Shown here one piece after another: positions 41,861 through 54,300 of a stretch of 64,000 bases of DNA. The position numbers and the translations under genes were made by a program. Numbering within the stretch: the stretch's first letter is position 1; each line of letters begins with the position of its first letter. The stretch spans positions 179,118,001 to 179,182,000 of the forward strand of contig OZ024743.1 in the NCBI GenBank assembly GCA_964016885.1. The letters run 5' to 3'. Source of the DNA: Eledone cirrhosa. Lineage: Eukaryota. The notes under the pieces are model-generated. The model was not told the origin of the DNA. It saw only the letters and a program-made list of their open reading frames with translations, and did not search any database.

Positions 41861-44209
41861 GTAATAATAATAAAATTGAAGACTAAAATCCAAAGAGGGC
41901 TCGATAAGGAAAATATATATCAAATATATAAAAACCGTAGAGCAAATATTTATTAAAATAACAGATTAAAGTTTAAGCAAAGAATCGCTGCTTTCACCCT
42001 TAACGGGATCTTCTGAAACTAACAAAGTCAATCTGTAAATGCAGAACTGGATATTTCAAAAAACGTTGCAACCGGAGGAAGACAGGAAGACGATACTTTG
42101 GTTCGTGGAAACGTTCGCTGGTAAAGAACGGGAAAAAACGAGTTATACGTCATTAATAGGAGCGGTGAAAAACAATTACGCGCAAAGACAGAACCACGTT
42201 TATGGTATAAAAGAGGTCGTAGACTAATGTTCTCTTAGGTGGTGCGTAGAGACGTTCTCTGGCAATGAACGAAAAAACGAAGATAATAAGTCATATGTGG
42301 AGCGTGGAGAACAATAGCACGCAAAGACAAAACCACGTAAATGGTATAGCAGAAGTTGTAGACTAAAATTCTAACTAGGAGACCAAATGAATCTCCGCTA
42401 CAGAGTTAAGAACAAAGTAAATAAATACAATACAGAAGTAATAGAAACAAATAAATACATACACGCAAACAGATACGTACATACACAAGCATACGCAAAA
42501 CCTTACCATAGGTATACAAAACCACGCACATATAAATATGTGTGTGTGTGTATGCTTGTGTACAAATAAATAAATAATTATATAAACGCATATAAGTAAA
42601 TAAATACGTATATAACAAGCGCACACACATACCTACAAATAAATACACGAATGTTCGGAGACGTAAGTCAACTAAAACAAGAAGTACACATATACACACA
42701 CCCACCATACGTACGATACTGCATACTCACGCAGACGCAAAACTCCCGTATTCACATAGCCAAACCCTAAATACCTTATATGTAAAAATTATACGCCATA
42801 ACAGTCAAATATACGTACGAGAAGGTATACATACCTTCACAAAACATACGGGTAATATATACTTACCTATGCAAATAAGTAACGGAATAAACAAAACATA
42901 TACTTAGCTCCCACATCAAGACGTAAAATATCCACGTATAGATCGTGCTATCCGTTAGGGTATAACGTGGGGCTGTAATACAGGAAAGTTTTGTGCAATT
43001 TATGTTTACAAGCCGAAATTGCCTCAGATTTTTTGTTTAAGATGTGGTCTGTGGCGTAGAGTATTTCCAGGGCCTCAGCGGCGCAGAGGTCACATGGTCT
43101 TTTATTTCCGTTATACGATCTAGCCTTAGCTAGGATCTCCCAGTGTAACTTATATTGGGTGTGGTTGTCTTTTAGACTCCAGATATAAGCTGAAAGTGAC
43201 GTCATATTCCTTCTTAGAGAGTAACGAAAAGAATGGGTATGCCTGTAAAGACGCTGCTTGAAATTATTGGCGGTTAACCCTATGTTGGCCCTACGGGACG
43301 TGGGTGTTACAACCTTACATTTGTAGACAATGTTACTAGAGAGGCATTTCCCGGATAGGGGGCAATCAACCCGATTCCTACAATTACAGTTAGTACTAAC
43401 TACAGGGTTGCACGTGTTCCTACGGCTAGGTAGTTTAGCTCAATTTGAAGCTGTGATGTTATGTGCAAGGTTAGGAGTCGTAGAGTAATACATTTTAATA
43501 GTATTTCTATTAAAAATTTTACTATATTTATGTGTAGGGGGAAAATGCTTCATAATAAGGGAAAGAAAGATCTTAGCTAATGGTGTGGACACCTCCATAT
43601 TATATGGTGGGTTAAACCAACAAATGCGACGGGATCTATTTCTTCTAGGTCTATTTTCGTACTCTGTATATGCTACCTTATCGACAAATCCACTTCGAGC
43701 AAGAGCTTCATCGTAATAAGTGGAATGGTCGTTGAAAATGCGCTCGTTGATGGAAAGACGGGAAAGCCTCAACGAAACGTTTTTTACCAGGTTCTTGGTT
43801 ATACTGGCAGGATGGTTGGAATGCTTACTTATGTAATTAAGCGTATCATTCGGCTTTCTATACGGGTAATACAACCCATTCAATAAATTGAGGGTAACGT
43901 CGAGGTAATTAACGACCGAGATATTGGCCTCAACCTGTATAGATAGGTTGAAGAAGGCTGTGAGTTCTTTTCTGAACCTGTCGCAAGCACGAGGTCCGCA
44001 CTTAGTCATGGTCAAAAGATCATCGTCACGGTACAAACCACAGCCCGCGTTGGGGAATTCGTCCTTGATAGAGAAAAGAAAGAAAAGGCCAAAAAGATCA
44101 GTAACCTCCGCAGAATCACTGGCGCCCATACTCACGTCGAATGGGGTACTATTTGATTTTTTAATCCAAATAGAGTCGTCGAAATTAATCACCGACTTTC
44201 AGGCATTAA

Positions 44210-44210
<1 letters not shown>
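41860..44210 (-). mobile_element. PLE family B, 5'-truncated (RT, GIY-YIG, 3' UTR)
   Basis: One frame from 44192 to 42948 with a single TGA at 43440: MGASDSAEVTDL, YRDDDL, NYLDV, WFNPPY, CNCR..CPL.G.C, IVY, CDLC..E, LNKKSE..CKH. Flanked by (TA)n. Confidence 0.9.
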
Positions 44211-44241
<31 letters not shown>

Positions 44242-44335
44242 GTATATATATATGTATATATATATGTATATATATTTGTATGTATATATATATGTATATA
44301 TATATGTATATATATATATGTATGTATATATATAT

Positions 44336-44397
<62 letters not shown>

Positions 44398-44399
44398 CG

Positions 44400-45290
44400 T
44401 TTCTGAATTTGTTTAACAAGATTCTTTATCTGAAATCGTGTGTTGAAACCGATATTGTTATACTTTGGGAGAGACATGTTGCCAATAAGAAACACACGCA
44501 CCCGATGCATTCACTTCAATTCATTATATATTTATAAATTTATAAATTTATAAATTTCTGGTTGGTTGGTTGGTTCCACAACCAGATAGTTGTTTATAAA
44601 TAGTCATAGTTCTTTCGTCACACACTCTGTGACCTCTTCAGTGACTGGGGATTCCTTTCTTTGTTTCTGTGCCTCTCCTTTGTTCTGTCCTACGCCATTT
44701 TGTTCCTGTGTGTGTCTTGTGTGCTCAGTCTGCGCATGCGCCACATCCGGGTGTCTGTGTGTGTTTATGTTCATTTATTTATTTGTTTCTTTACATGTTA
44801 CTGGTTGGTTGTTTGTTCTATGTGTGTGTGTGTTTTCATTTTGTCCTTAATTGTAAGTTGTGATGTTGCTGTTCCACTCATATTTTCTATTTAATTTTGG
44901 TTGTGATTCTTTTATGTTTATTGCCTCCGTAATTTGTCTAAACCTTGCGTCTTTTCTGTGTGTAGATTCTATTTTTATTTCTATGTTCTCTAATTTACCC
45001 TTGTGTTCTATCTTAGCATGTTGGTAGAGTACAGATGATTCTTGATTATTTTGAAGGTCTCGCCAGTGTTCATTTATCCGTTCCCCTACACTACGAGCTG
45101 TCTCACCTATGTACACTATATTTTTGTCTCTACATTGTCCTTCAGTACATCTTATGCTATACACTACATTTCTAGTTTTACAGTTAATATGGGGGCTTAT
45201 TTTACAGGTTATACATTTCTTATCTATACATTGAAGTGAAAGCAACTGGTGCGTGTGTTTCTTATTGGCAACATGACCCTCCCAAAGTAT

Positions 45291-45298
<8 letters not shown>
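44400..45298 (-). mobile_element. PLE family C 3' fragment (GIY-YIG endonuclease) with inverted terminal piece
   Basis: ORF 44847-45245 has NVVYSIRC..YIGETARSVGERINEH..E AINI..PKLNR. 44452-44520 is inverted at 45230-45298. Confidence 0.85.
44602..44646 (-). ncRNA. Minimal type I hammerhead in PLE-C
   Basis: AGUCA-CUGAAGA-G-GUCAC-AGAGUGU-GUGAC-GAAAG-AA-CUA|UGACU, with perfect 5-bp stems I and II and a minimal stem III. Confidence 0.7.
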
Positions 45299-45365
<67 letters not shown>

Positions 45366-45369
<4 letters not shown>

Positions 45370-46794
45370 TTAAAATAATAGATTAAAGTTTAAGCAAAGA
45401 ATCGCTGCTTTCACCCTTAACGGGATCTTCTGAAACTAACAAAGTCAATCTGTAAATGCAGAACTGGATATTTCAAAAAACGTTGCAACCGGAGGAAGAC
45501 AGGAAGACGATACTTTGGTTCGTGGAAACGTTCGCTGGCAAAGAACGGGAAAAAACAAATAATACGTCATTAATAGGAGCGGTAAAAAACAATTACGCGC
45601 AAAGACAGAACCACGTTTATGGTATAAAAGAGGTCGTAGACTAATGTTCTCTTAGGTGGTGCATAGAGACCTTCTCTGGCAATGAACGAAAAAACGAAGA
45701 TAATAAGTCATATCTGGAGCGTGGAGAACAATAGCACGCAAAGACAAAACCACGTAAATGGTATAGCAGAAGTTGTAGACTAAAATTCTAACTAGGAGAC
45801 CAAATGAATCTCCGCTACAGAGTTAAGAACAAAGTAAATAAATACAATACAGAAGTAATAGAAAAAAATAAATACATACACGCAAACAATTACGTACATA
45901 CACATACATACGCAAAACCTTACCGTAGGTATACAAAACCACGCACAAATAAATATGTGTGTGTGTGTATGCTTGTGTACAAATAAATAAATAATTAAAT
46001 ACATAATTATATAAACGTATATAAGTAAAGAAATAAGTATATAACAAGCGCACACACATACCTACAAATAAATACACGAATGTTCGGAGACATAAGTCAA
46101 CTAAAACAAGAAGTACACATATACACACACCCACCATACGAACGAACCTGCATACTCACGCAGACGCAAAACTCCCGTATACACATAGCCAAACCCTAAA
46201 TACCAGAATATGTAAAAATTATACGCCATAACAGTCAAATATACGTACGAGAAGGTATACATACCTTCACAAAACATACGGGTAATATATACTTACCTAT
46301 GCAAATAAGTAACGGAATAAACAAAACATATACTTAGCTCCCACATCAAGACGTAAAATATCCACGTATAGATCGTGCTATCCGTTAGGGTATAACGTGG
46401 GGCTGTAATACAGGAAAGTTTTGTGCAATTTATGTTTACAAGCCGAAATTGCCTCAGATTTTTTGTTTAAGATGTGGTCTGTGGCCTAGATTATTTCCAG
46501 GGCCTCAGCGGCGCAGAGGTCACGTGGTCTTTTATTTCCGTTATACGATCTAGCCTTAGCTAGGATCTCCCAGTGTAACTTATATTGGGTGTGGTTGTCT
46601 TCTAGACTCCAGATATAAGCTGAAAGTGACGTTATATTCCTTCTTAGAGGGTAACGAAAAGAATGGGTATGCATGTAAAGACGCTGCTTGAAACTGTTTT
46701 AATAAATATTTGCTCTACGGTTCTTATATATTTGATATATATTTTCCTTACCGAGCCCTCTTTGGATTTTAGTCTTCAATTTTATTATTATTAC

Positions 46795-46795
<1 letters not shown>
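45366..46795 (-). mobile_element. PLE family B second copy (3' part) capped by an inverted terminal fragment
   Basis: 45366-46692 is homologous to 41950-43262. 46697-46795 is the reverse complement of 41858-41957. Confidence 0.85.
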
Positions 46796-46827
<32 letters not shown>

Positions 46828-46934
46828 AAGTATATATATGTATATATATATATGTATGTATGTATATATATATATATGTATATATATATATTTGTATATA
46901 TATATATATGTATATATACATATATATATGTATG

Positions 46935-46975
<41 letters not shown>

Positions 46976-47036
46976 ATATATATATATTTGTCTATATATA
47001 TATATGTATATATATATATTTGTATATATATATATG

Positions 47037-47190
<154 letters not shown>

Positions 47191-47194
47191 TATA

Positions 47195-48143
47195 TGCTTT
47201 TACATGCATACCCATTCTTTTCGTTACCCCCTAAGAAGGAATATGACGTCACTTTCAGCTTATATCTGGAGTCTAAAAGACAACCACACCCAATATAAGT
47301 TACACTGGGAGACACAGACCACATCTTAAACAAAAAAACTGAGGCAATTTCGGCTTGTAAACATAAATTGCACAAAACTTTCCTGTATTACAGCCCCACG
47401 TTATACCCTAACGGATAGTACGATCTATACGTGGATATTTTACGTATTGATGTGGGAGCTAAGTATATGTTTTGTTTATACCATTACTTATTTGCATAGG
47501 TAAGTATATATTACCCGTATGTTTTGTGAAGGTACGTATACCTTCTTGTACGTATATTTGATAGTTTATGTTATGGCGTATAATTTTATATATTCTTATA
47601 CATATGGTTTGGCTATGTGTAAACGGGAGTTTTGCGTCTGTGTGAGTATGCAGGTCGGTACGTATGTAGGGTGTATGTATATGTGTACTTCCTGTTTTGG
47701 TTGACTTATGTCTCCGAACATTCGTGTATTTACATTAGGTATGTGTGTGCGCTTGTTATATACGTATTTATTTATTTATATACGTTTATATAATTATTTA
47801 TTTATTTGTATACACGCATACACACACACACATATTTATATGTGCGTGGTTTTGTATACCTACGGTAAGTGTTTCGCGTATGCTTGTGTATGTACGTATT
47901 TGTTTGCGTGTATGTATTTATTTATTTCTATTACTTGTGTATTGTACTTATTTACTTTGTTCTTAATTCTGTAGCGGAGATTCATTCGGTCTCCTAGTTA
48001 GAATTTTAGTCTACGACTTCTGCTTACCATTTACGTGGTTTTGTCTTTGTGTGCTAGTGTTCTCCACGCTCCACATATGACGTATTATCTTCGTTTTTTT
48101 CGTTCATTGCCAGAAAAGGTCTCTATGAACCACCTAAGAGAAC
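47195..48143 (+). mobile_element. PLE family B third copy, opposite orientation, internally deleted
   Basis: Reverse complement of about 45650-46680, with a deletion in the endonuclease region. Confidence 0.8.
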
Positions 48144-48201
48144 ATTATATATATACATACATATATATATATACATATATATACATATATATATATATAC
48201 T

Positions 48202-48260
<59 letters not shown>

Positions 48261-48287
48261 GTATATATATATATGTATGTATATATA

Positions 48288-48319
<32 letters not shown>

Positions 48320-48324
48320 CATAC

Positions 48325-48369
<45 letters not shown>

Positions 48370-48377
<8 letters not shown>

Positions 48378-51300
48378 GATAAGCAGAACAAGTAAAATTC
48401 AATCAATTTTTCAAAATACATTAAAAAATATAATATAAATATTTACCTCTTCTAGTGGCCCTTACTGATCAGTTTCGCTTTGTAAAACCTCATAAATCCG
48501 ATGGATTTATGATGGAAAACCAAAGCTCATCAGAGAAGCATTTTCCCTTCCTAGGGCTAAACGTCCCAGGAACGACAAAATATACAACCTCCTGCCAGCT
48601 AATAAAGGTCTGAAAGGTCGTAAAAGTGACCCGTATGTAAACTGGACCGAAGTAAAAGCGGGAAAATCAAAGACTTGCTGTCTACAATTACTACTAAAAA
48701 AAATAACAGCCAAGTAAAGCAACAGATTTGTTCTCAACGGACGGAGAAAAAGGTAGAAGTTAATATGTCCAGGGATACTAGGTACCCCTAGAAATACATA
48801 GGTTGTCTATGATTCAGGGTTGTTCAATGGTGTTAATTTGATACACCAGAACTTTAATATTAAGATAAGCAGAACAAGTAAAATTCAATCAATTTTTCAA
48901 AATACATTAAAAAATATAATATAAATATTTACCTCTTCTAGTGGCCCTTACTGATCAGTTTCGCTTTGTAAAACCTCATAAATCCGATGGATTTATGATG
49001 GAAAACCAAAGCTCATCAGAGAAGCATTTTCCCTTCCTAGGGCTAAACGTCCCAGGAACGACAAAATATACAACCTCCTGCCAGCTAATAAAGGTCTGAA
49101 AGGTCGTAAAAGTGACCCGTATGTAAACTGGACCGAAGTAAAAGCGGGAAAATCAAAGACTTGCTGTCTACAATTACTACTAAAAAAAATAGCAGCCAAG
49201 TAAAGCAACAGATTTGTTCTCAACGGACGGAGAAAAAGGTAGAAGTTAATATGTCCAGGGATACTAGGTACCCCTAGAAATACATAGGTTGTCTATGATT
49301 CAGGGTTGTTCAATGGTGTTAATTTGATACACCAGAACTTTAATATTAAGATAAGCAGAACAAGTAAAATTCAATCAATTTTTCAAAATACATTAAAAAA
49401 TATAATATAAATATTTACCTCTTCTAGTGGCCCTTACTGATCAGTTTCGCTTTGTAAAACCTCATAAATCCGATGGATTTATGATGGAAAACCAAAGCTC
49501 ATCAGAGAAGCATTTTCCCTTCCTAGGGCTAAACGTCCCAGGAACGACAAAATATACAACCTCCTGCCAGCTAATAAAGGTCTGAAAGGTCGTAAAAGTG
49601 ACCCGTATGTAAACTGGACCGAAGTAAAAGCGGGAAAATCAAAGACTTGCTGTCTACAATTACTACTAAAAAAAATAGCAGCCAAGTAAAGCAACAGATT
49701 TGTTCTCAACGGACGGAGAAAAAGGTAGAAGTTAATATGTCCAGGGATACTAGGTACCCCTAGAAATACATAGGTTGTCTATGATTCAGGGTTGTTCAAT
49801 GGTGTTAATTTGATACACCAGAACTTTAATATTAAGATAAGCAGAACAAGTAAAATTCAATCAATTTTTCAAAATACATTAAAAAATATAATATAAATAT
49901 TTACCTCTTCTAGTGGCCCTTACTGATCAGTTTCGCTTTGTAAAACCTCATAAATCCGATGGATTTATGATGGAAAACCAAAGCTCATCAGAGAAGCATT
50001 TTCCCTTCCTAGGGCTAAACGTCCCAGGAACGACAAAATATACAACCTCCTGCCAGCTAATAAAGGTCTGAAAGGTCGTAAAAGTGACCCGTATGTAAAC
50101 TGGACCGAAGTAAAAGCGGGAAAATCAAAGACTTGCTGTCTACAATTACTACTAAAAAAAATAGCAGCCAAGTAAAGCAACAGATTTGTTCTCAACGGAC
50201 GGAGAAAAAGGTAGAAGTTAATATGTCCAGGGATACTAGGTACCCCTAGAAATACATAGGTTGTCTATGATTCAGGGTTGTTCAATGGTGTTAATTTGAT
50301 ACACCAGAACTTTAATATTAAGATAAGCAGAACAAGTAAAATTCAATCAATTTTTCAAAATACATTAAAAAATATAATATAAATATTTACCTCTTCTAGT
50401 GGCCCTTACTGATCAGTTTCGCTTTGTAAAACCTCATAAATCCGATGGATTTATGATGGAAAACCAAAGCTCATCAGAGAAGCATTTTCTCTTCCTAGGG
50501 CTAAACGTCCCAGGAACGACAAAATATACAACCTCCTGCCAGCTAATAAAGGTCTGAAAGGTCGTAAAAGTGACCCGTATGTAAACTGGACCGAAGTAAA
50601 AGCGGGAAAATCAAAGACTTGCTGTCTACAATTACTACTAAAAAAAATAGCAGCCAAGTAAAGCAACAGATTTGTTCTCAACGGACGGAGAAAAAGGTAG
50701 AAGTTAATATGTCCAGGGATACTAGGTACCCCTAGAAATACATAGGTTGTCTATGATTCAGGGTTGTTCAATGGTGTTAATTTGATACACCAGAACTTTA
50801 ATATTAAGATAAGCAGAACAAGTAAAATTCAATCAATTTTTCAAAATACATTAAAAAATATAATATAAATATTTACCTCTTCTAGTGGCCCTTACTGATC
50901 AGTTTCGCTTTGTAAAACCTCATAAATCCGATGGATTTATGATGGAAAACCAAAGCTCATCAGAGAAGCATTTTCCCTTCCTAGGGCTAAACGTCCCAGG
51001 AACGACAAAATATACAACCTCCTCCAGCTAATAAAGGTCTGAAAGGTCGTAAAAGTGACCCGTATGTAAACTGGACCGAAGTAAAAGCGGGAAAATCAAA
51101 GACTTGCTGTCTACAATTACTACTAAAAAAAATAGCAGCCAAGTAAAGCAACAGATTTGTTCTCAACGGACGGAGAAAAAGGTAGAAGTTAATATGTCCA
51201 GGGATACTAGGTACCCCTAGAAATACATAGGTTGTCTATGATTCAGGGTTGTTCAATGGTGTTAATTTGATACACCAGAACTTTAATATTAAGATAAGCA

Positions 51301-54300
51301 GAACAAGTAAAATTCAATCAATTTTTCAAAATACATTAAAAAATATAATATAAATATTTACCTCTTCTAGTGGCCCTTACTGATCAGTTTCGCTTTGTAA
51401 AACCTCATAAATCCGATGGATTTATGATGGAAAACCAAAGCTCATCAGAGAAGCATTTTCCCTTCCTAGGGCTAAACGTCCCAGGAACGACAAAATATAC
51501 AACCTCCTGCCAGCTAATAAGGTCTGAAAGGTCGTAAAAGTGACCCGTATGTAAACTGGACCGAAGTAAAAGCGGGAAAATCAAAGACTTGCTGTCTACA
51601 ATTACTACTAAAAAAAATAGCAGCCAAGTAAAGCAACAGATTTGTTCTCAACGGACGGAGAAAAAGGTAGAAGTTAATATGTCCAGGGATACTAGGTACC
51701 CCTAGAAATACATAGGTTGTCTATGATTCAGGGTTGTTCAATGGTGTTAATTTGATACACCAGAACTTTAATATTAAGATAAGCAGAACAAGTAAAATTC
51801 AATCAATTTTTCAAAATACATTAAAAAATATAATATAAATATTTACCTCTTCTAGTGGCCCTTACTGATCAGTTTCGCTTTGTAAAACCTCATAAATCCG
51901 ATGGATTTATGATGGAAAACCAAAGCTCATCAGAGAAGCATTTTCCCTTCCTAGGGCTAAACGTCCCAGGAACGACAAAATATACAACCTCCTGCCAGCT
52001 AATAAAGGTCTGAAAGGTCGTAAAAGTGACCCGTATGTAAACTGGACCGAAGTAAAAGCGGGAAAATCAAAGACTTGCTGTCTACAATTACTACTAAAAA
52101 AAATAGCAGCCAAGTAAAGCAACAGATTTGTTCTCAACGGACGGAGAAAAAGGTAGAAGTTAATATGTCCAGGGATACTAGGTACCCCTAGAAATACATA
52201 GGTTGTCTATGATTCAGGGTTGTTCAATGGTGTTAATTTGATACACCAGAACTTTAATATTAAGATAAGCAGAACAAGTAAAATTCAATCAATTTTTCAA
52301 AATACATTAAAAAATATAATATAAATATTTACCTCTTCTAGTGGCCCTTACTGATCAGTTTCGCTTTGTAAAACCTCATAAATCCGATGGATTTATGATG
52401 GAAAACCAAAGCTCATCAGAGAAGCATTTTCCCTTCCTAGGGCTAAACGTCCCAGGAACGACAAAATATACAACCTCCTGCCAGCTAATAAAGGTCTGAA
52501 AGGTCGTAAAAGTGACCCGTATGTAAACTGGACCGAAGTAAAAGCGGGAAAATCAAAGACTTGCTGTCTACAATTACTACTAAAAAAAATAGCAGCCAAG
52601 TAAAGCAACAGATTTGTTCTCAACGGACGGAGAAAAAGGTAGAAGTTAATATGTCCAGGGATACTAGGTACCCCTAGAAATACATAGGTTGTCTATGATT
52701 CAGGGTTGTTCAATGGTGTTAATTTGATACACCAGAACTTTAATATTAAGATAAGCAGAACAAGTAAAATTCAATCAATTTTTCAAAATACATTAAAAAA
52801 TATAATATAAATATTTACCTCTTCTAGTGGCCCTTACTGATCAGTTTCGCTTTGTAAAACCTCATAAATCCGATGGATTTATGATGGAAAACCAAAGCTC
52901 ATCAGAGAAGCATTTTCCCTTCCTAGGGCTAAACGTCCCAGGAACGACAAAATATACAACCTCCTGCCAGCTAATAAAGGTCTGAAAGGTCGTAAAAGTG
53001 ACCCGTATGTAAACTGGACCGAAGTAAAAGCGGGAAAATCAAAGACTTGCTGTCTACAATTACTACTAAAAAAAATAGCAGCCAAGTAAAGCAACAGATT
53101 TGTTCTCAACGGACGGAGAAAAAGGTAGAAGTTAATATGTCCAGGGATACTAGGTACCCCTAGAAATACATAGGTTGTCTATGATTCAGGGTTGTTCAAT
53201 GGTGTTAATTTGATACACCAGAACTTTAATATTAAGATAAGCAGAACAAGTAAAATTCAATCAATTTTTCAAAATACATTAAAAAATATAATATAAATAT
53301 TTACCTCTTCTAGTGGCCCTTACTGATCAGTTTCGCTTTGTAAAACCTCATAAATCCGATGGATTTATGATGGAAAACCAAAGCTCATCAGAGAAGCATT
53401 TTCCCTTCCTAGGGCTAAACGTCCCAGGAACGACAAAATATACAACCTCCTGCCAGCTAATAAAGGTCTGAAAGGTCGTAAAAGTGACCCGTATGTAAAC
53501 TGGACCGAAGTAAAAGCGGGAAAATCAAAGACTTGCTGTCTACAATTACTACTAAAAAAAATAGCAGCCAAGTAAAGCAACAGATTTGTTCTCAACGGAC
53601 GGAGAAAAAGGTAGAAGTTAATATGTCCAGGGATACTAGGTACCCCTAGAAATACATAGGTTGTCTATGATTCAGGGTTGTTCAATGGTGTTAATTTGAT
53701 ACACCAGAGGGATACTAGGTACCCCTAGAAATACATAGGTTGTCTATGATTCAGGGTTGTTCAATGGTGTTAATTTGATACACCAGAACTTTAATATTAA
53801 GATAAGCAGAACAAGTAAAATTCAATCAATTTTTCAAAATACATTAAAAAATATAATATAAATATTTACCTCTTCTAGTGGCCCTTACTGATCAGTTTCG
53901 CTTTGTAAAACCTCATAAATCCGATGGATTTATGATGGAAAACCAAAGCTCATCAGAGAAGCATTTTCCCTTCCTAGGGCTAAACGTCCCAGGAACGACA
54001 AAATATACAACCTCCTGCCAGCTAATAAAGGTCTGAAAGGTCGTAAAAGTGACCCGTATGTAAACTGGACCGAAGTAAAAGCGGGAAAATCAAAGACTTG
54101 CTGTCTACAATTACTACTAAAAAAAATAGCAGCCAAGTAAAGCAACAGATTTGTTCTCAACGGACGGAGAAAAAGGTAGAAGTTAATATGTCCAGGGATA
54201 CTAGGTACCCCTAGAAATACATAGGTTGTCTATGATTCAGGGTTGTTCAATGGTGTTAATTTGATACACCAGAACTTTAATATTAAGATAAGCAGAACAA

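Noticed and set aside
43440-43442. In-frame TGA in PLE-B (and at about 37936 in PLE-A) as selenocysteine
   Set aside because: Some Naiad PLEs are reported to encode Sec, but these TGAs are not at Cys motifs. The PLE-A one falls in RM(R)WKA and fits CGA>TGA CpG decay; the same is likely for PLE-B. The CxC/CPL cysteines use TGY codons.
48507-48737. Repeated 76-aa ORF (MRTNLLLYL..) in each array monomer
   Set aside because: It has a non-ATG (TTG) start and no recognisable domain, overlaps the ribozyme, and is frameshifted in two units. Its recurrence only reflects the repeat.
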